From Macrostomum lignano (lineage: Eukaryota): 61,135 nt of DNA. The stretch is from NCBI GenBank assembly GCA_002269645.1, contig NIVC01004086.1, positions 1-61,135 on the forward strand, given 5' to 3'. The notes under the pieces are model-generated. The model searched no databases, was not told the origin of the DNA, and saw only the letters and a program-made list of their open reading frames with translations. The position numbers and the translations under genes were made by a program. Below are positions 18,828 to 30,496 of the stretch, piece by piece (positions within the stretch are counted from its first letter, which is position 1; each line of letters starts with the position of its first letter).

Positions 18828-20040
18828 GCTACTAGGGGTGAGATTTTGGAGCTACTAGGGGTGTGATTTTGGAGCTACTAGGGGTGAGATTTTGGAGCTA
18901 CTAGGTGTGAGATTTTGGAGCTACTAGGGGTGAGATTTTGGAGCTACTAGGTGTGAGATTTTGGAGCTACTAGGGGTGAGATTTTGGAGCTACTAGGGGT
19001 GAGATTTTGGAGCTACTAGGGGTGAGATTTTAGAGCTACTAGGGGTGAGATTTTAGAGCTACTAGGGCGAGATTTTAGAGCTACTAGGGGTGAGATTTTG
19101 GAGCTACTAGGGGTGAGATTTTGGAGCTACTAGGGGTGAGATTTTGGAGCTACTAGGGGTGAGATTTTGGAGCTACTAGGGGTGAGATTTTGGAGCTACT
19201 AGGGGTGAGATTTTGGAGCTACAAGGGTTGGATTTTGGAGCTACTAGGGGTGAGATTTTAGAGCTACTAGGGTGAGATTTTAGAGCTACTAGGGGTGAGA
19301 TTTTAGAGCTACTAGGGGGAGATTTTGGAGCTACTAGGGGTGAGATTTTTGAGCTACTGGGGTTGAGATTTTGGAGCTACTAGGGATGGAGATTTTGGAG
19401 CTACTAGGGGTGAGATTTTGGAGCTACTAGGGGTGAGATTTTGGAGCTACTAGGGGTGAGATTGTAGAGCTACTAGGGTGAGATTTTGGAGCTACTAGGG
19501 GTGAGATTTTAGAGCTACTAGGTGTGAGATTTTAGAGCTACTAGGGGTGAGATTTTAGAGCTTCTAGGGCGAGATTTTAGAGCTACTAGGGGTGAGATTT
19601 TAGAGCTACTAGGGGTGAGATTTTAGAGCTACTAGGGGGAGATTTTGGAGCTACTAGGGGTGAGATTTTTGAGCTACTGGGGTTGAGATTTTGGAGCTAC
19701 TAGGGATGGAGATTTTGGAGCTACTAGGGGTGAGATTTTGGAGCTACTAGGGGTGAGATTTTGGAGCTACTAGGGGTGAGATTTTGGAGCTACTAGGTGT
19801 GAGATTTTGGAGCTACTAGGGGTGAGATTTTAGAGCTACTAGGGGTGAGATTTTAGAGCTACTAGGGGGAGATTTTGGAGCTACTAGGGGGGAGATTTTT
19901 GAGCTACTGGGGTTGAGATTTTGGAGCTAAAAGGTGTGAGATTTTAGAGCTACTAGGGGTGAGATTTTAGAGCTACTAGAAGGAGATTTTGGGGCTACTA
20001 GAGGTTAGATTTTAGAGCTACTAGGGGGAGATTTTGTACC
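18828..20040. repeat. 23-bp minisatellite (ttttggagctactaggggtgaga), ~52 copies, intergenic
   Basis: Directly visible tandem array with 22-24-bp variants. Confidence 0.95.
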
Positions 20041-20582
20041 TACTGAGATCAGTCCCTAAATCTGTCGATAAAGTTCCTAGGTAGCAAAGTAAAATTGTTT
20101 GTCATTTTCAGTCGCAGGCTGAACGCACTGCTTATGAAATCATATCATATGTATGCATCAATTTTATGTATAAATATTTTATCTAGAATCGCGTGCCATA
20201 TATGCTACTGCCAGTAAGCAGTAAGCACTACTTACAGGGATGATAGCGCAGTCGCTCAGCCCTGCGTCGTTGCGAAGATTTTTTGTTTTTATTTCGTGGC
20301 AGTTGGAGACTGTGAAAAAAGACAAAAATTGCCAAAAAAAATTTTGGAGCGAAAATTCTTTTCTCTTTGTTCTCTGATTGTTGCTTTTTCTACCCAGCAA
20401 AATTTTCTTTCTCAAATCGCTTTGGACTCTGTTCTAACAATTGATTTTCATTTCGCCTTGTCTAATGGCGTTTCTTGGAGAAAGGAATTCGATCGTTTTC
20501 AATTATCTTGTTATTCCGTTTGGCACCCTCGGGGCTCGGAGTCAGCTAACTACGGACTGAGAACTTGTGTAAGTCTAAAAAT

Positions 20583-20888
20583 TTTAGAAGCCCAAGCTTG
20601 CAGGCGTAAACAACTTGCTAATTGGTTCTGCAGTAATGTACATTAGCCAGTCCACTGAAATGTACATGGCAGCTTTAGGCTGGAATTCCGAGAAAGGCAA
20701 TAAAATTGGGGCGGGGCGGGGGGTAGTGTGGAAAGGCGCGGCTGGAGGGTTTAAGCTAGGGGTAAGAGCCAATAAATGAGCCTTGGCTTTAAAAATACAA
20801 TAAAATGCTTCTGTTTAACTTACTACTGAACTGAGAGTAGCTTACAAGCAAAAGTGCTGAGTGGCCCATCAGTTATTCTACTAGTATC
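20583..20888. repeat. ~305-bp dispersed repeat, copy B (inverse of 430-736)
   Basis: Aligns with the reverse complement of 430-736. Confidence 0.9.
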
Positions 20889-22192
20889 TGTGGAGAGCAC
20901 TGAGGACAGGAGGCTGCATCTAACTATAATTGTTTCTCGAGGTAAGGCGATCGAGAAAACGTAAATTTAACGATGTTTCTTATCAAATAGATATAATATT
21001 TATTAAGAGGTTATAAATTATGGGTGCTGTACTATTAAAATATGCAGGGCTAAGATGTGCATAAATATTCTAGCGTCTTGTGTACAGATTTACACAGGTT
21101 TTCTGTCGGTATGCCGCTTAGCTAGTAGAGCTCGGGGTGCAAGAGAGTCCAACAGGAGTCAAATGAATTGGTAAGCTTTTTTGGGACACCCGTTATACGT
21201 ATACGAACTACCTTTTTCATTAGTTTTTTTACACCTGCACGCGTTATTATTATTATTATTGTTATATTATGAAACACGACTGTCATATTCGGTACACAAC
21301 TGTGAGCTTGTCCTCAATCAATTCTAATGTGTTATTATTTGTCCGCTCTTTTTTTGTAAATTTCCTGTACAACCTATGTGTACGCGTGCGTCTTTTTTCC
21401 AACCTGCTTTCTTAATTTGCGACTGTCATAAGCGCAGCATGCTACTACTGCAACTAATTGTTACTCAGTAAGCTCTTGCGAGCATGCTTTACGTGTGGGT
21501 TTCTTGTTTTCTTGTTTCTCATTTTTTACATCAATCAGTGCTATTGTTCTTATACTTACCAAAAGTTAACTAATTGATTAAAGATATCCTTTAGCGGTGA
21601 GTGCGCGTCAGTCTGTTTTGTGTCACCCTGCCTGTGTGTTTCTGCGTCTGTTCTGTCTTTTGCTTTGATATACTGCAGCGGCTGTAAAAGGCAGAAAGCT
21701 TTTTCTTTCAAACCAGCACTGTCTGTTTAGACATGATGTACCCCCCTTCTAAACAAGTAGAACTTTTAAATAATAAAATATACGCGTTACAATCGCCTAA
21801 GGAATGCGCAGGATAGGCGCAACTGTTCTTGCGGCTTTCATTTATCGCGCAGATTCGGGCGTCATTAAAATCAAATTTATGACCATATTTGTTTTTATTT
21901 TTAGTGCACATTTGCACTCGAGCTACTGATAGTAGCTCAGTCTTGGTCGAAAGCTCGTAAATGGCGGGAAAGGGCGCGAATAGCGCAATTCAACTTTATT
22001 TGAAGCAGAAATGTCTAGAAAAAATTTTCTTCCAAATCAAATCAAGGCTCAAAATCGGAACTCACAAATGAAATCTTATTGCACTGTAAATAAGGAAAGA
22101 ATCTATTAAAATATTGCACTTTTACAACCAGTATAAAAACACAGAAGTCGGCTGGTTTTACCGGCGCCCGAAGTCAGCCATGTGCGGTCGCT

Positions 22193-25100
22193 TCACAATC
22201 GAGGCGCGCTTCTATCGTTGGTCAGATTGGCGACCTTCTTCAATTTGGCGCCGCGGCGAATGTCGGACAGAAGTGCGCCGCGACCTGTCGATCGCTCCGG
22301 CGCGCGCGACGGTGGCGGCGGTGGCCCCGGCGGGGGAGGCGCTGGAGGCGGTGGGGGAGGCGCTGGAGGCGGCGGGGGAGGCGCTGGAGGTGGCGGGGGA
22401 GGCGCTTGCGGAGGAGGCGGAGGAGGCTCAGGCGCCCGCGGTGGTGCCCGCGCAGTCGGAGGCTGAGGCTGCGCCCGGACGTCCCGAGGCTGCCGCGGAC
22501 TTTCCGCGGCCGCTGTCGCGACGCCGCCGCTGCGAACCCCTGCTGGCAGGCGCTTGCGCACCCGCTTGAGAAAGGACGCGACCACCGCTGTCGAGGCGGT
22601 GGAATCGGAGGCAGCGGCCGTCTCGGCCACCGGGAACTCGACCATGCAGCCGGCGAAGAAGGCGTGATCAGCGATGGCACCGAGCTCCGGTATGCTGCCG
22701 AACGGCAGGCGCTCGAAGATGAAGTTCAAGACATCCAACAGTGGCCGGTATTTTCGGCCCTTGGCTGCGAGGATCTGAAAGGGGGTCGAATGCACTCTGT
22801 GAGCATCAGCAAAATGTGCCTCATTCTGAGATTAGGCCTCTATTCAGTTGGACACCTTTATCCAGTTGGAAACCTCACTACCCAGTCGGACACCTCACTA
22901 CCCAGTCGGACACCTCACTACCCAGTCGGACACCTCACTATCCAGTTGGAAACCTCACTACCCAGTCGGACACCTCACTACCCAGTCGGACACCTCACTA
23001 CCCAGCCGGACACCTCACTATCCAGTCGGAAACCTCACTATCCAGTCGGACACCTCACTATCCAGTCGGACACCTCACTATCCAGTCGGACACCTCACTA
23101 TCCAGTCGGACACCTCACTATCCAGTCGGACACCTCACTATCCAGTCGGACACCTCACTATCCAGTCGGACACCTCACTATCCAGTCGGACACCTCACTA
23201 CCCAGTCGGACACCTCACTATCCAGTCGGACACCTCACTACCCAGTCGGACACCTCACTATCCTGTCGGAAACCTCACTACCTAGTAGGAAACCTCACTA
23301 TCCAGTCGGACACCTCACTATCCATTCGGACACCTCACTACCCAGTCGGACACCTCACTATCCAGTCGGACACCTCACTACCCAGTCGGACACCTCACTA
23401 CCCAGTCGGACACCTCACTATCCAGCCGGACACCTCACTACCCAGTAGAAAACCTCACTACCCAGCCGGACACCTCACTATCCAGCCGGACACCTCACTA
23501 TCCAGTCAAACACCTCGGACACTCGCCTGAAACTCCACCGCTGTTGGGGCTGTCGCTGTCAGCTCGAAGCCGGTTGCCATTTCGAACAGCAGGTGTCCGA
23601 GCCCAACTGAATCCGTGAGGTGGCGCCTTCGGCCACCTGCTGGCAGGAGTCGGCGCAGCTCGGGCCATCGCGGCGGCACCTGGCCCGTCAGGACACTCTC
23701 CAAGCCGCCCAGCTGGACGCCTTCGTTGCTTAGCAACACGTTGCCAGCGTGTACAAAGCCGTGAGGCCGCAGCCCGCAGCTGTGCAGGTGCAGCAGGGCC
23801 CGCAGAACTCGGCCGGACCAGGCGTGCAGCTTTCCGAGCGGAACTGGACGGCGGCGACGGGCCACCTTCGTCTGGTGCGGGTACAGCGGGTTTGTCTGCG
23901 GAGGAAGGGCGGGGTGTCTGGTGCGGGTACAGCGGGTTTGTCTGCGGAGGAAGGGCGGGGTGTCTGGTGCGGGTACAGCGGGTTTGTCTGCGGAGGAAGG
24001 GCGGGGTGTCTGGTGCGGGTACAGCGGGTTTGTCTGCGGAGGAAGGGCGGGGTGTCTGGTGCGGGTACAGCGGGTTTGTCTGCGGAGGAAGGGCGGGGTG
24101 TCTGGTGCGGGTACAGCGGGTTTGTCTGCGGAGGAAGGGCGGGGTGTCTGGTGCGGGTACAGCGGGTTTGTCTGCGGAGGAAGGGCGGGGTGTCTGGTGC
24201 GGGTACAGCGGGTTTGTCTGCGGAGGAAGGGCGGGGTGTCTGGTGCGGGTACAGCGGGTTTGTCTGCGGAGGAAGGGCGGGGCGTCTGGTGTCTGCAGAG
24301 AGCAGGTTACTCCATACCTGGCAGATGAAGTCTCGCACGCTGCCTTTCGGACAGAAGGGCACAATGTGCAGGAACCGGGAGTGCTTCTCAATCAGGTCAA
24401 GCTGGCCAAGCAGCAGGCATTCGTGCTGCAAGGAAACCGAATAGATCAGAGATTTCGATTTTGGTGAGCAGAAGAGTTAGGGTGTCACTCAATTCCTCAG
24501 GGAGGGTGTCACTCAATTCCTCAGGGAGGGTGTCACTCAATTCCTCAGGGAGGGTGTCACTCAATTCCTCAGGGAGGGTGTCACTCAATTCCTCAGGGAG
24601 GGTGTCACTCAATTCCTCAGGGAGGGTGTCACTCAATTCCTCAGGGAGGGTGTCACTCAATTCCTCAGGGAGGGTGTCACTCAATTCCTCAGGGAGGGAA
24701 TCACTCAATTCCTCGGGGAGGTTGTCACTCAATTCCTCAGGGAGGGTGTCACTCAATTCCTCAGGGAGGGTGTCACTCAATTCCTCAGGGAGGGTGTCAC
24801 TCAATTCCTCAGGGAGGGTGTCACTCAATTCCTCAGGGAGGGTGTCACTCAATTCCTCAGGGAGGGAATCACTCAATTCCTCAGGGAGGGTGTCACTCAA
24901 TTCCTCAGGGAGGGTGTCACTCAATTCCTCAGGGAGGGTGTCACTCAATTCCTCAGGGAGGGTGTCACTCAATTCCTCAGGGAGGGTGTCACTCAATTCC
25001 TCAGGGAGGGTGTCACTCAATTCCTCAGGGAGGGTGTCACTCAATTCCTCAGGGAGGGTGTCACTCAATTCCTCAGGGAGGGTGTCACTCAATTCCTCAG

Positions 25101-27620
25101 GGAGGGTGTCACTCAATTCCTCAGGGAGGGTGTCACTCAATTCCTCAGGGAGGGTGTCACTCAATTCCTCAGGGAGGGTGTCACTCAATTCCTCAGGGAG
25201 GGTGTCACTCAATTCCTCAGGGAGGGTGTCACTCAATTCCTCAGGGAGGGTGTCACTCAATTCCTCAGGGAGGGTGTCACTCAATTCCTCAGGGAGGGTG
25301 TCACTCAATTCCTCAGGGAGGGTGTCACTCAATTCCTCAGGGAGGGTGTCACTCAATTCCTCAGGGAGGGTGTCACTCAATTCCTCAGGGAGGGTGTCAC
25401 TCAATTCCTCAGGGAGGGTGTCACTCAATTCCTCAGGGAGGGTGTCACTCAATTCCTCAGGGAGGGTGTCACTCAATTCCTCAGGGAGGGTGTCACTCAA
25501 TTCCTCAGGGAGGGTGTCACTCAATTCCTCAGGGAGGGTGTCACTCAATTCCTCAGGGAGGGTGTCACTCAATTCCTCAGGGAGGGTGTCACTCAATTCC
25601 TCAGGGAGGGTGTCACTCAATTCCTCAGGGAGGGTGTCACTCAATTCCTCAGGGAGGGAATCACTCAATTCCTCGGGGAGGTTGTCACTCAATTCCTCAG
25701 GGAGGGTGTCACTCAATTCCTCAGGGAGGGTGTCACTCAATTCCTCAGGGAGGGTGTCACTCAATTCCTCAGGGAGGGTGTCACTCAATTCCTCAGGGAG
25801 GGTGTCACTCAATTCCTCAGGGAGGGAATCACTCAATTCCTCAGGGAGGGTGTCACTCAATTCCTCAGGGAGGGTGTCACTCAATTCCTCAGGGAGGGTG
25901 TCACTCAATTCCTCAGGGAGGGTGTCACTCAATTCCTCAGGGAGGGTGTCACTCAATTCCTCAGGGAGGGTGTCACTCAATTCCTCAGGGAGGGTGTCAC
26001 TCAATTCCTCAGGGAGGGTGTCACTCAATTCCTCAGGGAGGGTGTCACTCAATTCCTCAGGGAGGGTGTCACTCAATTCCTCAGGGAGGGAATCACTCAA
26101 TTCCTCGGGGAGGTTGTCACTCAATTCCTCAGGGAGGGTGTCACTCAATTCCTCAGGGAGGGTGTCACTCAATTCCTCAGGGAGGGTGTCACTCAATTCC
26201 TCAGGGAGGGTGTCACTCAATTCCTCAGGGAGGGTGTCACTCAATTCCTCAGGGAGGGTGTCACTCAATTCCTCAGGGAGTCACTCAATTGCTAAAGGAG
26301 GGTGCAGTCACTGAATTCCTCAGGGAGGGTGTCACTCTGATCAGCACTCCCAAATGAGGGTGCCGCCCATGCAGTCACCCGCAGTCCTTCCAGCCACTGC
26401 CTGACGCAGGCGAAGCTCTTCTGCTTGAGAGGCAGCGGGCAGAGGGCCGGGTCGGACACGTAGGGGCTGAGCAGCAGCAGGCAGAAGCGATCACCGCCAG
26501 CTGAAGTGACGCTGAACCAGTTCCAGGATCTTCTAGTGCCCAGCTGGCTAAGGTGGTCCTTCACTATCCACTGGCGGCCATTTCTCAAGTGAAATTGCAG
26601 CATTAGAAATGCCGAATGCCTGATCTGTTCGCTCTCCTCCTTGATGCTGGCGTTCATGATCTCCAGGGTGCCGGACGTGTCCAGGCTGCTGGACCCGTTC
26701 TCCAGCTGCGAGTATCCGCTCCGGCTGGCGGGTGGGGGGAAATTGAAAATTGATTGATTTAGGGGCGATGAACAGGAAGCTAGAAAGTGGGGAAGCTGGG
26801 TAGATAAAAGAGACATGGGAAGACAGGGGGGTGGGTAGACGGGTGGGGTGGGTAGACGGGTAGGGTGGGTAAGCAAGGAGAGGGTGGGTAGACAGGGGGG
26901 TGGGTAGACAGGGGAGGGTGGGTAGACAAGGGAGGGTGGGTAGACAGGGGAGGGTGGGTAGACAGGGGAGGGTGGGTAGACAGGGGAGGGTGGGTAGACA
27001 GGGGAGGGTGGGTAGACAAGGGAGGGTGGGTAGACAGGGGAGGTCCGGTAAACAAAAGAAACATGGGGAAGACAGGGGGAGGGTGGGTAGACACTGGAGA
27101 CTGGGGAGGGTGGGTAGACACTGGAGACAAGGGAGGGTGGGTAGACACTGGAGACAGGGGAGGGTGGGTAGACACGGAGGGTTGGGAGGGTGGGTAGACA
27201 CTGGAGACAAGGGAGGGTGGGTAGATACGGGAGGGTGGGGAGGATGGGTAGACACTGCAGACAGGGGAGGGTGGGTAGATACGGGAGGGTGGGGAGGGTG
27301 GGGAGGATGGGTATAGACACGGGAGGGTGGGGAGGGTGAGTAGACACTGGAGACAGGGGAGGGTAGGTAGATTATTAGAGCAGACAAGAAAGGCAATTGT
27401 ATTGAGTTTACTGAATCACATCAGTAAGCTTCTATGACATAGTGATAGCTTAAGACAATGAAAAGTACCAAAGTCCTATGATTTGAAATACTGAGTAAAT
27501 GGATATCAAGAACATGGATTAGGCCCAAGGTTCTTACCGATTTAATATGCACTTTTGGCATACCAAACAGATAATCAGACATAAAAGTAGAAACGCTAGT
27601 AGACCACCAATTAAAGATGC
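22193..27620 (-). CDS. Slob: Slob/PXK-family pseudokinase with predicted TM helix, Pro-rich linker and C-terminal WH2 domain (5' end incomplete)
   Basis: Exons 27620-27538, 26724-26379, 24425-24318, 23871-23527, 22774-22193, total 1464 nt in frame to the stop; a probable extra 26-nt exon at 28000-27975. Slob-like segments: [42 protein letters not shown]...[38 protein letters not shown]. Tail [18 protein letters not shown] is a WH2 motif. Confidence 0.85.
22855..23515. repeat. 20-bp minisatellite (cacctcactatccagtcgga), ~33 copies, last Slob-like intron
   Basis: Visible tandem array abutting the donor at 23526. Confidence 0.95.
23872..24290. repeat. 46-bp GC-rich minisatellite, ~9 copies, Slob-like intron
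   Basis: Unit tctggtgcgggtacagcgggtttgtctgcggaggaagggcggggtg, near-perfect copies. Confidence 0.95.
24478..26338. repeat. 24-bp minisatellite (gggagggtgtcactcaattcctca), ~77 copies, filling a 1953-bp intron
   Basis: Near-perfect array between exon ends 24425 and 26379. Source of the artefactual 623-aa and 617-aa ORFs. Confidence 0.97.
26810..27365. repeat. Variable G-rich (plus strand) minisatellite, core gggagggtgggtagaca, Slob-like intron
   Basis: Visible degenerate tandem units, C-rich on the sense strand. Confidence 0.9.
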
Positions 27621-29639
27621 CTGTAAATATTTAATATGAATAGTGAACTGATAAGTATTTTATAATGAAATTTTCAAAACTGCAAGATATTGCTATAAAA
27701 AAGTTTCTTTTTTATCATATTTTACTAGTTTTACTAATTTTACTAACTTTACTAATGACGATTAACCTGACAATATTTTTAACGACTAAAAACGATTACA
27801 TAAGATAAAAAATTACAAATTATGCTTGTAAAGTGGAGAAATCATTAAATTTGCTTTAAATAGAAAGGAAAATTTATACATGCGTCAATTATGAAAAATA
27901 TTATCGATTGAAGTAAAATTGCACAAAATTAGCGGTTAATTAAGGTTGCTTGTTCGATTTCAATCGCGACTTACCCAAAATACTGGACTCAATGTAATTC
28001 CTGCATATAACTCACTCATTTACAGAACTCTTACAGAACTATTGTGAAAATATTATAAGCCCACAACCATCTGGACGTATATTACTAATTATATTTACTT
28101 CCTATGTCAATATAGTTCTAGATAGACGCACTTTGACTCCGTGCGATTACGCTATTTTGGCACACTAAGAAAAATTATTGCAGAAAGAGTAACTTAAAAC
28201 TTGGATATGTAAACCATTCACAGAAATTAAGAGGTACAATAAAAGACAAAATATATTTCTGTCTAAACTATTAATCTTTTTCATCCTTAGATTTTTTCTG
28301 TCTAATAATTTTTTCTTCCACTGGTTTATTATTTTGTTTAAGTATTTTAAGCCGAAGAATTTAAATGTCCTCATTTTATCTCGGTGTACAAGAAAGAGGA
28401 CTTTAAACTATTTTTTTCTTACATTTATTAATAACCTATTTCAGTTTGCTTCGGCCTTTGTGTGCTCCCAACTTTAATCACAAAATACGAATAAAGTACA
28501 CGGTAACTTTATAAAACCTCCAGATGATGCACAGCGTGGATGTCCTGTACATATATATTTATATATATATTAAATGCTTAGTAAATCAGCCGGCGTATTC
28601 GCCCCCTTACTGACGACTGACTACGATCGGATACGGATAGTAGTTACCCGATGGGCTTGCAAAAAAGGTCAAACGGCCGCAACAACGAAAACTTTGCCCA
28701 TAGACTATGCCGTATACAGCGCTTATTCTGATCCATGACTACTCAAAGTAGAATAATCGACGAGAAACTACGTTTCTTAGAAAAAGTTAAGAAGGCTGGT
28801 TTTCGCCGAAAATTAGACTACGGAGATAGGAAGTTTTCATTTTTTCAACACAAACCAACACAAACATTGTTATTGATTTCGATGGGAGGCAGACCCAATG
28901 TTAATCTTTTGATATGTTGTGCCTTTCTTATGTTGATATTCATAGAGCTTTTTGTTTAGGAAATTAGAATTCTTTGTCAATCTTCTATTCTACGAATATT
29001 TCCTGTACCTAAAAATCTAAATATTTGGTTTTATGAATCTATTTTATCGTCTCTGTTACAGATTTGTTACGCAGTCAGCTAACAAGTAGGAATGACAAAA
29101 TAGATTCATAAAACCGCCGTGTCATTTTAATGGTTTTTTGGCACAGGACATGTGCAATTGTACTTAGAATAAAGAGCCAGATAAAGAGTCTAGATCATTG
29201 CCGAGCTGCGGGCCAGCTGAGAAAGGAGTGGGGAATAGATCAGAGAGAAGAGGAAAGAGGAGATGAGAGATGAGAGATGAGAGGAGAGGAGACGGGAGAG
29301 GAGAGAAAAGAGAGGAGAGGAGAGAGAGGAGAGGAGAGACAAACCATGAGCGAGCGGCTTTAAAGGGCCCAAGGGCCGGATAAGAGAGGCTTCAGGGCCG
29401 TATGTGGCCCGTGGGCCGCGGGCCGACCCCCTGTTCAGGATGCAGACCGGCTAAAGTGTCATCTAGATACTTTACTCCGCGGATGCTGCCACGAATTTGT
29501 TGTCGCAAATAGCATAAAACCAACGACCGGCACCCTGGGCGGCAATGAGAGGCATCGTCAGCTTCTGAACCGGCGTGCATCAAGTGAGTCTGGAATGGCC
29601 CTCTATTGTATCTGCACACCATTAGACAGTTGACCGCGG

Positions 29640-29846
29640 TCATGGCTTGTACACTCTGCTGCATCCTACTAACTGTCGAATGATTGTCTCGGGCGTCAAG
29701 TCGCGCGGGTCCGTCATTCGTATGATGACTCGCTTCGACTGTGTGCCGTCGGTGTATGTATAATGTATACGAATGTTTTCGATGTCGAAAGACACCGAAT
29801 CGACGAGCACAAGTCGAAAGTGAACGACGCTTTCCTGCTGCGCCAT
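29640..29846 (-). CDS. Hypothetical 68-aa ORF (MAQQESVVHFRLVLVDSVSFDIENIRIHYTYTDG...)
   Basis: ATG-initiated, non-repetitive, protein-like composition. Overlaps a second ORF at 29392-29664. No homology recognised. Confidence 0.25.
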   Translation of the reverse strand: MAQQESVVHFRLVLVDSVSFDIENIRIHYTYTDGTQSKRVIIRMTDPRDLTPETIIRQLVGCSRVYKP

Positions 29847-30496
29847 AGCAACCGCAGACAGGAATTGTTGTGATTTTTCCGGCGGGTGCGATTAAAGCGC
29901 TGTCTCTGTGTTGAACGACTTACCGGGTGTAGAAACTGTGAGTCGATCAATAAATTACAGACTACACACCGGGTTTGTACACCGTGCGGAAGCTTCAATC
30001 CCATCCAATCTTCGCCCTCCGCTCTTCCCAATCCCTCCTCACGCAGCCCAACTCTGCGTCGCGTGGCGCAAGTTGCGTCACTCAAAGCTAGAATTTATTT
30101 GCGCACTAATTCTGTCGGAGAGATACCTGTCCTCATTTTTGGGTGTTTTCATGCACAAAATCTTAATTTTATCTCATTTACAGAAGCATTAATAACTGAG
30201 CGCTTTTTTCCGTTTCTGATTTGAGAGAGTCCACGTGAATACTGATCTTACATGTATAATGCGTGTACAATGAACAACAGTACGTATGATACATAAATAC
30301 ATTGCACATGGCAGTAGCTCCAGCTCGGGGCTCGGCACAATCTGCCTGGCAGCAAACCCGAAAGAACCCACATGTAAAAGGGTTAAAAATCGACCAAAAT
30401 CGAAAATCTTCAAGGAAATTAATTCATGATCCTAAAGCCAGCGTCAAGTACAAGCATCATCATAGTCGCTGAGCCACAGCGCGCTGTATTGAACTC

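Noticed and set aside
18828-20040. Telomere-like repeat
   Set aside because: The 23-bp unit is not a TTAGGG-type hexamer, and the array is internal between genes.
21175-21197. Tc1/mariner-like end (ttttttgggacacccgttata)
   Set aside because: No partner TIR or transposase found nearby.
24397-26314. 623-aa (SDTLPEEL)n and 617-aa ORFs
   Set aside because: They are translations of a stop-free 24-bp array lying between in-phase Slob-like exons with good splice sites.
18828-26338. Arrays as CRISPR loci
   Set aside because: There are no unique spacers, no cas genes, and the context is eukaryotic.
22193-27620. Calling the gene a full PXK ortholog
   Set aside because: No PX domain is found. The N-terminus is hydrophobic and the best motif match is to Slob-type sequences.
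28165-28374. Signal-peptide-like ORF (…NIFCLLLYLLISVNG) as the first Slob-like exon
   Set aside because: Plausible, but donor sites are weak and several phasings fit. It cannot be supported without cDNA.
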